Shown: positions 34,865-47,736, counted from the first letter of the stretch. The stretch: DNA of 64,000 bases from Saccostrea cucullata (GCF_032062105.1 NW_026932065.1:124001-188000), one strand, 5' to 3'. The notes: a model not told the origin generated them from the sequence alone. A program made the numbers and translations.

Positions 34865-37800
34865 TGCCTTTCTTGTTTTCACAGGGGCATGTAAACGCAA
34901 GATTTGAAATACTAGTCAATGATTCTTGTTCTCTGGTTTATATAAGAAATTTGTTAGACCTTGTGATTTACTGAAATTTTTCATACAAAAAATTCCTATG
35001 ATGCTGACAATGTGTCGGTCAGCTAAGTCTTACACACTGTACGGGGTGGCAAGTCAACGTCATATCGGAGGTGATCTGGTCACAGGGATTTACTTTTGAT
35101 TGAATCCTGTCTTAAAATAGATACTAAAGTAGTATATTACGTTTATCGTGTAAACAGTTTTAAAGTATCAAAACAATGCGTTCATTTATACAGCAACTTA
35201 ATGTGTAATTTGATAAATATGAATAAGTTAAATATTTCGTAAAAGGTGAGAAGTTTTTTTTGTTTTATTACGTTTTAATTTGATTCTGAAGTAGAACAGT
35301 TGGATTAGATCATTTTCTGTAAAACTGATCTGACCTCTCGAGTCATGAATGATATACTGGCCATATAAAGAGCAGATTTTGTACATTCAAAAGAAACCCT
35401 ATGTTGCATGAGTATATTTATAAAGTATGTAAATTATACTGACAATATACGAACGAATAGTGTTCAAAGGATTTTTTAAAGAATAAAATCTGATTCCTTT
35501 GACAAATTCTGAAAAAGAAATCTTCTTTTCAATAAGCAGTTTTTGTTTTTTTAATAGAATTTTTTACTTTGCCTTTGCTATAAGCTTAAGCTAGCCTTTC
35601 TTATCAAATCTTGTCTGACTTTCATGTAGCTGGATATTTAAAACTTTTCACATTTTCGTGACTTCTTCTCAAGAACCACTCGGCAAATTTCTACTAAACT
35701 TGTCACAAAGTATCCCTGGGTGAAGGAGATACAAATTTCTTTTTAAAAAAAGTTGTGCCTTCTTCCAAGCAGAGATGTTTTAGAAATACTAGTAGTAAAT
35801 CTTTTGACATTGTTCAAAAATCATTTTTCTCAAGAAGCACAAAACTAGAGGAGCTGAAACGTAGGGAATGCTTTAAGTTTGTTCTAATCAGGGTCCCAGG
35901 GAGTAGTGCAAAACACAAGGGTAAATCAAAGTTTTTGGAATATACTTGAATTCAGTATGACTATCTAAGGAGAAAACAAGAACATCAGCCGCATGATAAG
36001 TTGTGTGAACATGGAAATACCCCGGTGACGTGTTTTTTTTTCCAGATCTGTTCAAATTTTGGCCGCTGGGTGTAGTATAGGACCACGATAGACAATCGAA
36101 GTTTTAAGTAGGATTTTTAAAAATGCAAAGTTTAAGACATAATTAGTTAAATAAGTGTAAAAGCATTCTGTTGAAGATTTTAAAGTTTGGCTAAATCGTG
36201 GCATCATGAGAATAAGATGGGACGGTAATGGTCGAAATCTGTTAAGGTAGAACAGCAGGACCATAAGTGACTCGGGTGAGCGGTGTGGTCCATGAGACTT
36301 TTCTTTTCTTCGATTTGTGTACTTATTATTCATTTCAGTTACAGTGTATAGTTGATGAGGATAATTATTCAGATACACATGCACATATAAGAAAAGCCTA
36401 TATGACATTTCCCGTAAGTCATTGCCAGTGTGTCAGCGAGATGGTTTTCCTCAGTCATTATACTATGGGTAACCGTATTAATGGGATTTAAAAATAAACA
36501 TTAATTTAAAACAAATGCTAAAAGTATCCGCAGGGAAAATACAAAACGTTATTTTTTTTTAATTTGACTTAAAGTTGTTTTAAGGGTGTAGATGTACATG
36601 TATGAAGAATGAAAAAGTGAAGTTAACGAACAGTTATTAAAACATTGAAAAAAAACAAAACAACAAAAACAAATTGCTACAAATCAGTGAGCACGATCCG
36701 ATATTATGCATATGAAAATATGCATTTAAAATAGAACATTGTTTTAGTAGAAAAAAATTATATTATAAAAATATCAATAACGACTCATATTTATTTTGCT
36801 CACCTTCAATAATAAGATGATTGCAGATTTCTGTTTATTTACACTGAAACTATACATATAACTTATATTGAAAATGACACAGTTCCATGTCAGTCCTGAT
36901 AAAGCCTATTAATGCTTCGTGAATAATAAATGTAGATAGGGAAAGTGGTGTCATTAAAAGAAGTACCCCATGAAAGTTTTAATTTGAAAGGATTCAAGTG
37001 TCAGCATCTAAACCAAGTCTGGGAATACGATTTCAGGAAAAATATGTTAAAAATGCGAAGTTGGGGGAGTCATGGAACAAACTGTAAATTAATTTAAGAC
37101 CAATCTCCAAACACTGATCTCACATGTAATCGGCACGAGATTTCAATAGTGTCACCATGGCCTTCAACTAAAACTTGATATAGAAATAGACTACATTTAC
37201 ATGCATATTACTAGTATGTTATAAATTGAATTTTAAAATATTAAAATTGAGATTCCTTGACGCCTTAAAATGTACTTTTGAAATACAAGGAAGTTAGATA
37301 TATTATAAACGTTTGATAATTTAACATCTTCAAATGTCGTAAAATAAAAATAAAGTGGAAAAAAGTGAGTAAGTTATGAAAAGGGCGGGGTTCGCTTCGC
37401 AAAATTGTTACGCGTGGATCAGTTTCAATATATACCCATTCCCATTCCGACAACGAGGTATACTAATTTACACTTTAATACTTTAGTACCTAAATCAAGC
37501 TTGACGCTTTGACTTAATTCGACCATTTATTTATTGGCCATAAGCAATATCCATAAAACATGATGATCACATTGAGAAAAGGTTCAAATCAAATCTTCGT
37601 GTTGGTCAAAACAGGCAAAATGTTCAATATCTGAAAAACACGCTAAAATTTACATATTCCCACTCTCACTTGGCCTTAAAATTTACATTTTTTTAAATAT
37701 CTTTTTTATTATTATTTTTTAACTACAGTAGATTATTCAAAAGTCTTACATATAGGCATGTGTGTTGACAACAAATATATGATATATTTCTCAGAAATAA

Positions 37801-38263
37801 AAATTAAAACCTTTCTTAGAATTCATAATTGTTTAAAGTTTTTGTCACATATGTACAGGGTGTTCATAATATATGTCACACACTAAATGTGCATAATTTG
37901 AATATCGAGCATCTTACCAAAAATATCAAAAGGCTATAGGTAAGCATATTGATCTAAAGTAGTTATGTTGCAAAATATCGGAAAAATTATAATATACGAT
38001 TTTTTTTAAATATAAAATTTTACTATTATTATTTTTTAACTCAGTAGATTATTAATGTAAAGAAAGTCTTACATATAGGCAATGATGGAAAATGTATGTG
38101 TGTTAGAAATCTTTAATATGAAGTGTGTCTGCATACATAGATATAGTATTTAATGCCAATAACCTACTTTCAGACGATCAAATTTTGCAAGAATTCATAA
38201 TTGTTTAAAGTTTTTGTCAACATATGTACACAGGAAATTCAAGTCTGCTTAGAGAGTAACATT

Positions 38264-39685
38264 TTAGGACACACTTTCTCTGAAAATTACACTATCCGAC
38301 ACATACTTTCGCCTTGACATTCCAAAGAGTAGTTCTTTAATGCCTCTTCTAACCTTCACATTAACAATGCTATAAATGATAGGATTTGATGCATGTCCAA
38401 TAAAAAAGAAAAATCTTAAAGCCAATACGTCGGTCACACTAAACATCTCAGGGAAGAAAGGGATCCAGGAAACTATATACAGAAATGTACAAATAGACAA
38501 CATTGTCCAGGTCTTTGTTTGGACTACCGAGACTTTCCGGGCGGATGTGATATTGCCTTGATCTACACTGCTACGGATGGATGCTAATGAAGAGTTACGA
38601 ATGGATACTAATGAAGATTTCAGGGTATTTTGTAGACTTATTTGAATAACATCCGAGTCATTTGTTTTCTGCTCTTCCTTTCCTGCTGCTGACACTGAAC
38701 GTTCTACCGTGTTTGATGCAGCTTTTTCTTTTACTGCTTTCTTCTCTAGGTTAGAAGACTTACAATCTTGAACATTAACCGCTGTAGGATCACATTCGTC
38801 TTTAAAAGTGTCTTCTGATTTTTTCAAATGCAACTTTTGTTCTTCATTTACAGCTGTGCATTTGTACGTCGTCTCCTTACTATTGCTTGGAGACAGAGAA
38901 TTCGCTATACAAAATACTGGACCATCGTTTGAACTTTGATTGCTCTCCTTCCTTGCTTCATTTCCTTTGGAATCTCGTTCCCGTAATTCTCGCTGAATGG
39001 ACGACCTAGCAGGTCTTCGAGATGAGCCCACATAAACTCCTCCTATAATACTCTTTCTTTGTCGGTAAATAAGTACAAAGACTAAAATATACATCACTAT
39101 CAAAATGAGCAATTCTGAAATTATTAAGATAATAATAAAATTTCTGTACATATTGCTCTTTTCTTCTCCTAGTATTCCTGTCGTGTAGTCACAATACTTT
39201 TCCTGAACCTGCGTTACGTTGACCGGAAGAGGATCGCCATGAAAATCAACGTCAAAAATAAGAGCAGACGGACTAGAACACACGATGGTAAAAATCAGAA
39301 ATCCTATAATCCATGCGAGTTTTGTCTTACCCTTCATGACTTTCAAAGGCTTCCATACCATTAGCAAACGCTCCATTGCTATCAAAATAAGAATAAGATT
39401 GGAGAATCCTATCCCGGAATGCCGGACTACTTCGAAAACATGGCAGACAAATTTGCTCGTAACTAATCTTAGCTCAAACACAATGGTGTAGGGAGCAACC
39501 ACAATCATTATAACCAAGTCCGTGATTGCTAGCGTGAGGATGTAGGTTCTTCTTGGAAAATGACGTTTCTTTGAAACGTACACTGCGATCACAAGAGCAT
39601 TGCCAATTGTTCCCAAAATGATGTAAATTGATGTTGCGATGAGGAATATGATATGGTTCAAATCCCAAATGTTTTCTTGATACAT
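38264..39685 (-). CDS. Orphan class A GPCR (paralogue 2), uninterrupted CDS; likely start MYQENIW at 39685 (ORF extends to 39730)
   Basis: GN, LAITDL, C-HVFEVVRHS..ERL, KYCDYTT, very long ICL3, SWIP, NPIIY; clearly paralogous to 33686-34864. The upstream ATG at 39730 lies within an acceptor-like TTTTCCTATGTCTTTTAG (minus strand), so it is probably intronic. Confidence 0.9.
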   Translation of the reverse strand: MYQENIWDLNHIIFLIATSIYIILGTIGNALVIAVYVSKKRHFPRRTYILTLAITDLVIMIVVAPYTIVFELRLVTSKFVCHVFEVVRHSGIGFSNLILILIAMERLLMVWKPLKVMKGKTKLAWIIGFLIFTIVCSSPSALIFDVDFHGDPLPVNVTQVQEKYCDYTTGILGEEKSNMYRNFIIILIISELLILIVMYILVFVLIYRQRKSIIGGVYVGSSRRPARSSIQRELRERDSKGNEARKESNQSSNDGPVFCIANSLSPSNSKETTYKCTAVNEEQKLHLKKSEDTFKDECDPTAVNVQDCKSSNLEKKAVKEKAASNTVERSVSAAGKEEQKTNDSDVIQISLQNTLKSSLVSIRNSSLASIRSSVDQGNITSARKVSVVQTKTWTMLSICTFLYIVSWIPFFPEMFSVTDVLALRFFFFIGHASNPIIYSIVNVKVRRGIKELLFGMSRRKYVSDSVIFRESVS

Positions 39686-40373
39686 TTTTTCTCTCCTTCT
39701 GCAGTTTTCTTGAGCTAAACTAAAAGACATAGGAAAACATGCATTTGAATAGTACAGTAATGATAAATTATCGACGAAACTTTTGTATTCATTAAAAAGA
39801 TATTTTTAATCATGTTAAAAGTAAAATCAATTCTAAATCCTACATTCCCTCAATACCAGATCGCAAGAGCTTTCAACTACGTTTTGAATTAATTATTTGT
39901 TTAGCGTTCAAACGCGTCACACATATAATTGCTTCAAAACCCTTAAATACATATTAACTCAATATATGTCATCTTAATTAATTACCATTAATTGATTTAT
40001 TCAAGTCCATTGTGTAAGTCCTGTCACACAAACTCTTGGTACTATTTGTCATTTGTCTCTATTTTTTCTTTTAATTTGATCGTTACATAAACTGAATTGC
40101 TCTCTGTTATGATTCAGGTATTTAGTTTCGAATGTAACTTTTAGATTTTAAAAGAGTTCACATGATCGACCCAGAATAAGTAAAAATTTTATTTAATTGA
40201 TATCACATATTCTATGCCAAGTGTTTAATGAGACAGATACAGTGTAAGTATAAGTTTTTTTTTACTTATTTCCAAATCATGTTTAATTTTATTTGATGAA
40301 TCTATACTTATAATTTTCAAATAAGATATGTTAAAATGTCTCAAATAAAAAGTGTAACAGCTTTCACATAAAC

Positions 40374-41060
40374 CAGGTCCAGTACAATCTCTTGATTTCG
40401 CTATATAGCTTTAAATAGCTATATAGCTTTATTAAGCTATTCAGAATAGCTTAGTTTAGTTATTTTACTACACTTTTTTCTTAAAGGTGTAATTATCTCA
40501 GAATGTACAAAAAGTGCACCGTGGTGCAGTGATGATATACAACTTTGAACTCTTCCTAAAATAATGCATGTAAAAATCACTCATCAAATTACGTCTCCTT
40601 CAGAGACTTTGTTCTCAAAATTCTACAAGTTTTGGGGCTATATAAAGCAACTGATACAGTTACTTCTGCAATGATTTTATAATGGAGACCAATTATGGTA
40701 AACAAGATAATTGAATGGTAACAGTTCAGCACGATGAGAAGCAATCATACTTATCCATGCCTCAACGCACGCAAGGTAGTGGACAGTTACTCTAACAATA
40801 GAAATTCTCTTTTTGCTTAAAAGTGTTCAAAAGCTGCAATGTTAGAACTATCTTTGATTTTGGTTGTTGTTTGATAGCCCATAGTACATATATGAAGAGT
40901 CAAATACATCCGACTTTTTGTTTATTTCTAGCAAAAAAACATATTTATGGAAAACTGTATATAAATATATGTAGCTAAATAAAGCTATTTTGAATAGCTT
41001 ACTAAAGCTATATAGCTATTTAAAGCTATATAGCTAAATCAAGAGATTGTACTGGACCTG
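40374..41060. mobile_element. Non-autonomous DNA transposon with ~87-bp TIRs and 5-bp TSD (TAAAC)
   Basis: TAAAC(40369-40373)-CAGGTCCAGTACAATCTCTTGATTT ... AAATCAAGAGATTGTACTGGACCTG-TAAAC(41061-41065); the TIRs contain AGCTATATAGCT palindromes. Confidence 0.88.
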
Positions 41061-41869
41061 TAAACGGTAAAATAAGGATATATTGTGGGAAAGGGGGTGG
41101 GGGTGGGGGGTAAAAATGATAAAAATATTTTAAAACTAATCAAGTAAATTGTATGGTCCAGTCTGAATAAACAGTATTTTCCACTAGTGAAATTTTACCT
41201 ATTTATGTACAAAATGTGGAATAAAAAAAACCCGACATCCAAATTTATACTCAGCCTACATGCTTCTTGGGTCTGTTAGAAAATGTGTGCTCTGGTGAAA
41301 AGCCAATTTAAAACAGAATCAATATAGAAATAATTATCATAAAAGAAATTGTAGAAACATTATAAATTAAAAAAAAAAATGGAATATCATCCTAACTTCT
41401 ATTTCGAAAAAGAAAAGGGTAAAAAGAAAAACTATACCTTAATAAGACATAGAATCCCGATATCAAGCTAAATCAATGCAGACTGCAATTTGGACGCATG
41501 TTTTCGGATAAATAGCCCACCAAAAGTTAGTACTTTTTAAGTGAAGAGCATGATAATTGATTGTTTATGCGAAAATGCCCTGGGTCAAAAGTTTAACTCA
41601 GTTAAAACTCAATCTGATAATAATTGTACGTAATACTACGGCTGACTGGTTTTCACCCGGTAGGAATTCAATTACAGAACCGCTATTATATCAATTGATC
41701 GTGACAAAATAACATGACAATGAAAGTCCGTTATGAAATCTTTAATTGGCCAATTAATTAAAACTGATTTATTGAAATTAACCGACCAAACCTTAAGAAA
41801 CATTCTGACATTGATTTTATTGATGATATTTATGTTATCACAATTTTGTGATTGATTTAATTGAAATTA

Positions 41870-42790
41870 AATGATGACAATCCTCAAAATATCCATTCGT
41901 CTACCTGTCTGTCTGTCTGCAAAAATTTCAATTTTGTCCATCAGCTTTGATTGGATGGGGCTATGACTTAAATATTTTATATTTCACATTGGTGCATCCC
42001 TTTGACAAGATCTTTTTTTTTTTTGGGGGGGGGGGGGTATGATTGTATTTAGAATTTGACCCATGCACTTTTACAAAAAATAATGAAATTTTAACACAGA
42101 CCATAACGTTTAAGCAAGAAGGGCTAGGACTTTAATTTCTCACGCGTGTATTTATTGTGACAAGACCTTTCCTTGTTTATAAATATATTGTAACTCTTTG
42201 ACTTTTGAGTTTAATTTAATTTAAGTTTTCAGTGTCTTAAGATGTTCATAGACAAAATATCAGAATGCATTACCGGGAGTTTTTGCAAGATATCAAATTA
42301 TTAAAATTGTTGCATTATTTTCAAGAAAAATATATGAAAAATTAGCAATAGGACTTCATATTTCACGGGTGTATTTCTCGTGACAAGACCTTCATTTAAT
42401 TAAAATCCAACAATTTTGACATTTTGATCTCGACCTATTTTTATTTTAAAATTAAACTTGGTCATAATCTTTAAAGAGTTGGTGCTAGGGCTTTTATATT
42501 TCACATAATTATTCGTGTATATTTTTGTGACAAGTCCCTATCCTTGGTATTTTTGACTTTGACCCTTTGACATTTGACCTTAGAATTTGATCCACTTAAA
42601 TAAAACTTTAACTTGACCATAAATTTTTGAAATTCATGGGTTTATATGTTTGATTGATATATTTATTGATTCCTGTTTTTACTGCGAAACAAAAAATTTT
42701 AAACTCTTGATCTTGGATATTAATTTGCATCAGAAAAACTTTGACCTTTGACATAGGCTGCCATCAATGTTTTTTTAAAAAACACATTTT
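41870..42790 (+). mobile_element. Degenerate HINE/Helentron element with decayed tandem units
   Basis: (GTCT)n microsatellite at ~41900 followed by several GTGACAAGACCTT / TTTGACCT units; terminal AAACACATTTTGTT. Confidence 0.6.
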
Positions 42791-43757
42791 GTTCATTAGC
42801 ACTCAAAAGCATTGAAAGCATAGTTTACAAAGGCAGTATAGAGAGATCAGAAACCGCAGCAAACTTGTTTTCTTTTGACACTCCTTACAATTCTCTACAT
42901 TTTGAATTATAGAAGTTATAGAAATTACATTTTCTGTTGCTTTCAGTTTCAGTGCTGGGTATAGAGGACGTCTTGGTCAACTGCATAACAGATACGACTA
43001 ATATAAAGAAGTAGACGATAGAAGGTTGTTATTCAATTTTTTAAAAAAAATCTAATATCATGTTGTATTCATTCTCTAATAAATTAATATTATATATCAA
43101 CATTCTATTATTTACTTATATTGACCTATTTCAAAATATCTATTACTTTCTCATGTAAACTATAATCATGCAAAATATGAAGTGGACATTAATTTTTTAC
43201 GAAAAGTATAATCCTACAAAAATGACTCAAACACAATCTATGAAATTTCTAATGCTCTTAATTTAATGATATAAATATACTCTAACCAAAAAAAGTTTTT
43301 TTTCAAATCTTAAAGCTAAATACATCATTTATTTAATTTCCTCAAATCAAAAGTGCCTCTTCTCAACACGCAAATCAACAGCGCTATTCAGTGGAAAGAA
43401 AAATATTTCATTTCCCCTTTTGATAAACCTACTCTATAATAATATAACTTCCTCTAGTATTTATCTTTAAAATTATTCTTCATGTTTTTAAGAGCCCTTG
43501 AATGTTATAAAATTATATCTTCTTGAATGGTCGTAAGATATTCAACTAATTTATCGTTAACGATGGCAAAATTGAAACAAACCAATGACAATCATAGTAA
43601 TAAAAGATATCGTAATTTTTTTCCACGAAAGGGAAATATAGTGAACTTCTACAATTAACTGAAGTGCGAACAGTAGATTAATATACATGTACAACGGAAA
43701 TGTAAAAATACCTGAGAAAGTCTATAACCCGTTTTGCTATAGCTTCTGCTAGAAATC

Positions 43758-46700
43758 ATGATCGACTTCGTACTTTTAATTTCGATATTCCTGTCGAGAG
43801 GTAGGTGATTTTTTATATCAATTTTTGGGAAAAGGCATCGTCGGAAACCCACGGGTGATGAGATGGGGTATCCGACGATGGGGAAAAGGTGGCACTTTGT
43901 TTTCAGCCTTTAAAAATATGTACCTTGGTGATATATTGTTCCACATTTTAAAAGGTGTATTTGACAGCTGTTGTTTGAGAATCTTTTTTGTTCATAGTCA
44001 TTTCTTTAAAATCAAATTCTGGATTGTTAATTTTGAAAATCTCTATATGATTTTAAAGACTCGGAAGCCATTGATGTCATGTCAGTTTACTTCGGGCAAG
44101 TCTGAAAGTGATATCTCTACCATTCTGTCGTCGATTACATCGTACACTAAAATGGGTCAATAATAATTTTGAGATTGTGTGACTCTTTTGGTGTTTCTGA
44201 TGTTTTATCAAATAAAATATTGTAGGCTCATAACAACGGTTTCAAAAATGCAGTTGGGGGGGGGGGGGTGTTACTAAAAATTCTGACACGTCAGATCAAC
44301 CCCCCTCCCTTGTATGTTCTCTGGGCCTATTAAATATTGTATTTTGTTGTTGTTTATTCATTTGTTAGTTTGTAGTATAGGAAAATCTTACACAACATTT
44401 CGATAAATTTCTATTTTCTATAAATCTATTGTTGGTGAAATTTCATTCTTTTTTATTTAGTTGTAATAAACACTTTTCCTAGCCCGGAAATTTCAGCAGA
44501 ATCTGCGGAAGTGTACGAGCATCAGAAAATGTCTTTAAGGTGTACGCTATCAGTCACTACTGCAGTAAGATGGTCCTGGTATTGCGCTGGAAAGTCCATG
44601 TCATACAGAGACATAAGTAACAACAACCGGTCGTCTACTCTGAATTTTACCGTTAATCCTGAACATGACAACACCTACTGTTACTGCAGGGCTCAGTCTA
44701 ATTCCAGAAATGTCTTATACGATGAAGAATCAGATCGACAAAAAATCACTGTCATATGTAAGAAAAATTTAATATGTACGATAACTCTTAAATAAGGATA
44801 ACTTTTTTTTATGAACTATTTGATAATCTTAAGCTTTTACATGGAAAATTCATTTAAAAGCCATGCATTCATTTAAAAGTGTGCATACAGGATATTATTA
44901 TTCTCTATGTGTATCTATGAAGGGAAATTATTGTGTAATATCTTAATTTTATGAATTCTACAAATACAAATTTCATCAGGCTTTTCATGGTAAAAATAAA
45001 AATAAAAATCGATCTACTTCGAACGTATATCAATTACTAAAACTGCTTTTTCAGACCCGCCAAGTGACGACCTCAAACTGACTCATGAATCGCGAACATC
45101 AATGGCAGTCGGAAACGACTTTACTTTTGTTTGCAGTATTTCCACAATGGGTAACCCACCTATATCCTGGTCTTGGAAGTGTGGAGAGAAAACACTATCC
45201 AAAATATGGATGAGAAACAAGGGAAACGTGTCAAAGATTGAGTTTAAAGCCGAGTCTTGGCAAAACGGAGAAGATTGCTTTTGTATGGCTTCAAGTACAA
45301 AATATAGCTACAATGTTTCGTCAAATAAACAGACTGTCACTGTGTACTGTAAGTATATAGATCTCTAAGAAAGCTGAATGATAATATATATATAAAACAT
45401 TAAAATGCTTTTTATGGTTGTTCGTACGGGAATTTATGTTGCAGCTGTTGTAGGAAAGATGTATTACCCACGCAAGCAGTTTTTTTTTCTGCAATTGCAA
45501 TACATGTAGCTGCAATTTGAATTCCGATACTGTAGATCACTAAATTTTCGCGACACCTTATTTTCGCAAGATAGGCATAGATTCTTAATAAGCAAGACAA
45601 AATTTCGCAAATTGTGGTTATTGCTCTATAAAATCCTAAAGAATACTATATTATACGCGAGAATTATATCTATTTTTTTGTAATTACGCAAAAATAAAGT
45701 TCTTACAAATAAAGTGATTTACAGTACTAAAAAAGAAAAAAAAGACGTTTTATTGTTTATATTTATATTTGTAAAAATATTTATTCAAGTAAGCTTTTGT
45801 ATTTTTTTATATATGTACGTCATCACATACGTTTCACTGACAGAAGAACTTCTGCTCAATAATGTTTACTGATCGATTTGAAAAAAAGGAGAAAATATTC
45901 ATTGGATGAAATTATTCTGCAACTAATTTCTGAATAAATTTGATTACCCGGTATATAATGATGTTTTAGATGCACCAGTAGACTTCCCAGATTTAATCAA
46001 CAAAACACACGTGCACGTAGAGGAAAACTCGCCAGTTGTCCTTCATTGCCGCGTGTCCTCTGCCGGAAACCCTCGCCTGTATTGGTCCTGGTATTGCGGA
46101 GATCATGTGATGGAGAAAGGGGCGAGTTTTGGGGACACGTGGTCAGAACTGACCTTTATTGCCTCCAAACAATACCACCAGAAGGCATGCTACTGTCGTT
46201 TGCAATCATGGTCAAACCTAGTTTCTTACAACAAAACTTCGCAAAAAATGTTCATCACAATAAAAAGTACGAGATTAAAAAGATTAAAATAAATTTTACA
46301 AAAAAACTCATTTTAAATTTATTCTAACTCATCGTAAATGGCTTAAGGGGATCTACAATAAAAATCTAATAGAGCTGGATTGATTTCTTTTTTATTAGCA
46401 ATATAAGTAATGTGAAAATCAACTTCTTAAATTTAATTGTGGCATAATTCGGCTCACCTTCATATATGATATCATTTACACGTAGATCTTTAGAAAACTG
46501 TTTTTGTTGTTTCAGTTTGAAAGGGAATTGATTAATTTTCAGGCGACCATACTTGTTTCTCGGTTGTCACATTCATGACAACAACTTCTGTACTCTCAAC
46601 GTTTTTGGTTATAGTCGCTCTGATTATTTTGATAAAAAATGTCAGAAAACGACCACTAAATTTGCAACGATGTATACACTTCCATGGTTTGTTCAGAAAC

Positions 46701-47736
46701 TCGAGATGCACGGGTAAATCAATTTTATAATCACATTTTTTAAACGTATATCTTTTGACATAATTTTGTACAAGCTGTTGCAACATCATTTTTTCAATGT
46801 ATATTGCGTATCGAATCAATTGGGAGACATATTTACTTCACATGCAGGTGATAAGGGTTTATTTCTACATAAGTAACATATATAAGGGAATATAACAATG
46901 GATAAGTCACAGTTGAAAACATCACATTTTTCATAGAATTTCTAATGAGTCAATTCAATCCAATTTTAATCAAACTAATATCTAAATTGATATCTTTTTC
47001 GTGTAAAAGTATATAAATGAAATAAAGTACACATATGCATATTGCATGCCTTGTTCACCCATCCTCTTCAAGTTGAATTTTTTTTTCAGCTCCACCTCAA
47101 CCAAAAGTCAGGTAACAGAATATTTTTAAATCATATTACAAATAGTATTTTATAAAGTGAGTTGAATAAGGTAGGAATTTGAAATCCGACTTATAACAAA
47201 TGAGGTAGCCAAATACGTATTTAATTTTCATATCTACTTTTATAACATTTTTTATATTTATATTGTCAAAAGACAAAATGACGACAGGACCATCACCTTT
47301 ATAGAGGACCATACTTATGAGGTCGTCCAGTCTAACGAGAAAAAGAAGCGAAAAGGTACGTCATTATAACACATATCCCTGGCTTTTTGAAAGAACATGT
47401 ATACTAGTATACAAAGAATAATTGTTATATATTCATACGTCCCATTACTTATTTTCAGGAAGAAAGAAAAGGTGAGCTTATTCTAAATCTAAAAAAGCTA
47501 TGTAATGATCTTCTTAATCTCTACATTTTTTTCGAAATGGGTATAAGTAAGTCAAGTTCAGGTACAAAGTATCAGCGGATGGGGGGTGGGGGTGGGGGGG
47601 CTATAATCAAATAAGGGCAATGTTACATGTATAGTATATGAATATGATTTATTGTGATTTATAATTTATGTATCTATATTACTTTTCACTTTTCAGATCT
47701 CCAATATATGCGAATGTCACTCAATTCAAAGTATGA
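43758..47736 (+). CDS. Type I transmembrane immunoglobulin-superfamily receptor (signal peptide, 3 Ig domains, TM, Tyr-motif tail), 419 aa; exons 43758-43800, 44461-44757, 45055-45348, 45970-46266, 46543-46713, 47090-47111, 47273-47355, 47459-47471, 47697-47736
   Basis: All GT-AG; exon sum 1260 nt with no internal stop. Leader MIDFVLLISIFLSRVVINT; three phase 1-1 exons of 297/294/297 nt, each with B-strand Cys, WSWxC and CxC; TM VLSTFLVIVALIILI followed by KNVRKR; tail with HTYEVV and SPIYANVTQFKV*. Confidence 0.85.
45530..45724. mobile_element. Tc1/mariner-type MITE in the intron between Ig2 and Ig3
   Basis: TA-CTGTAGATCACT ... AGTGATTTACAG-TA (11/12 TIR match), with internal TTTTCGC repeats. 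Confidence 0.7.

Noticed and set aside
33728-39668. Antisense or alternate-frame ORFs overlapping the GPCR genes (also 7670-8574)
   Set aside because: Shadow ORFs of real coding sequence with no recognisable motifs.
33686-39730. Possibility that the GPCRs are opsins or aminergic receptors
   Set aside because: No TM7 retinal-binding Lys and no TM3 Asp3.32.
43825-44163. 112-aa ORF as an extra exon of the Ig receptor
   Set aside because: Lies in intron 1, has no Ig or signal features and only a weak donor; the leader exon splices in phase directly to Ig1.
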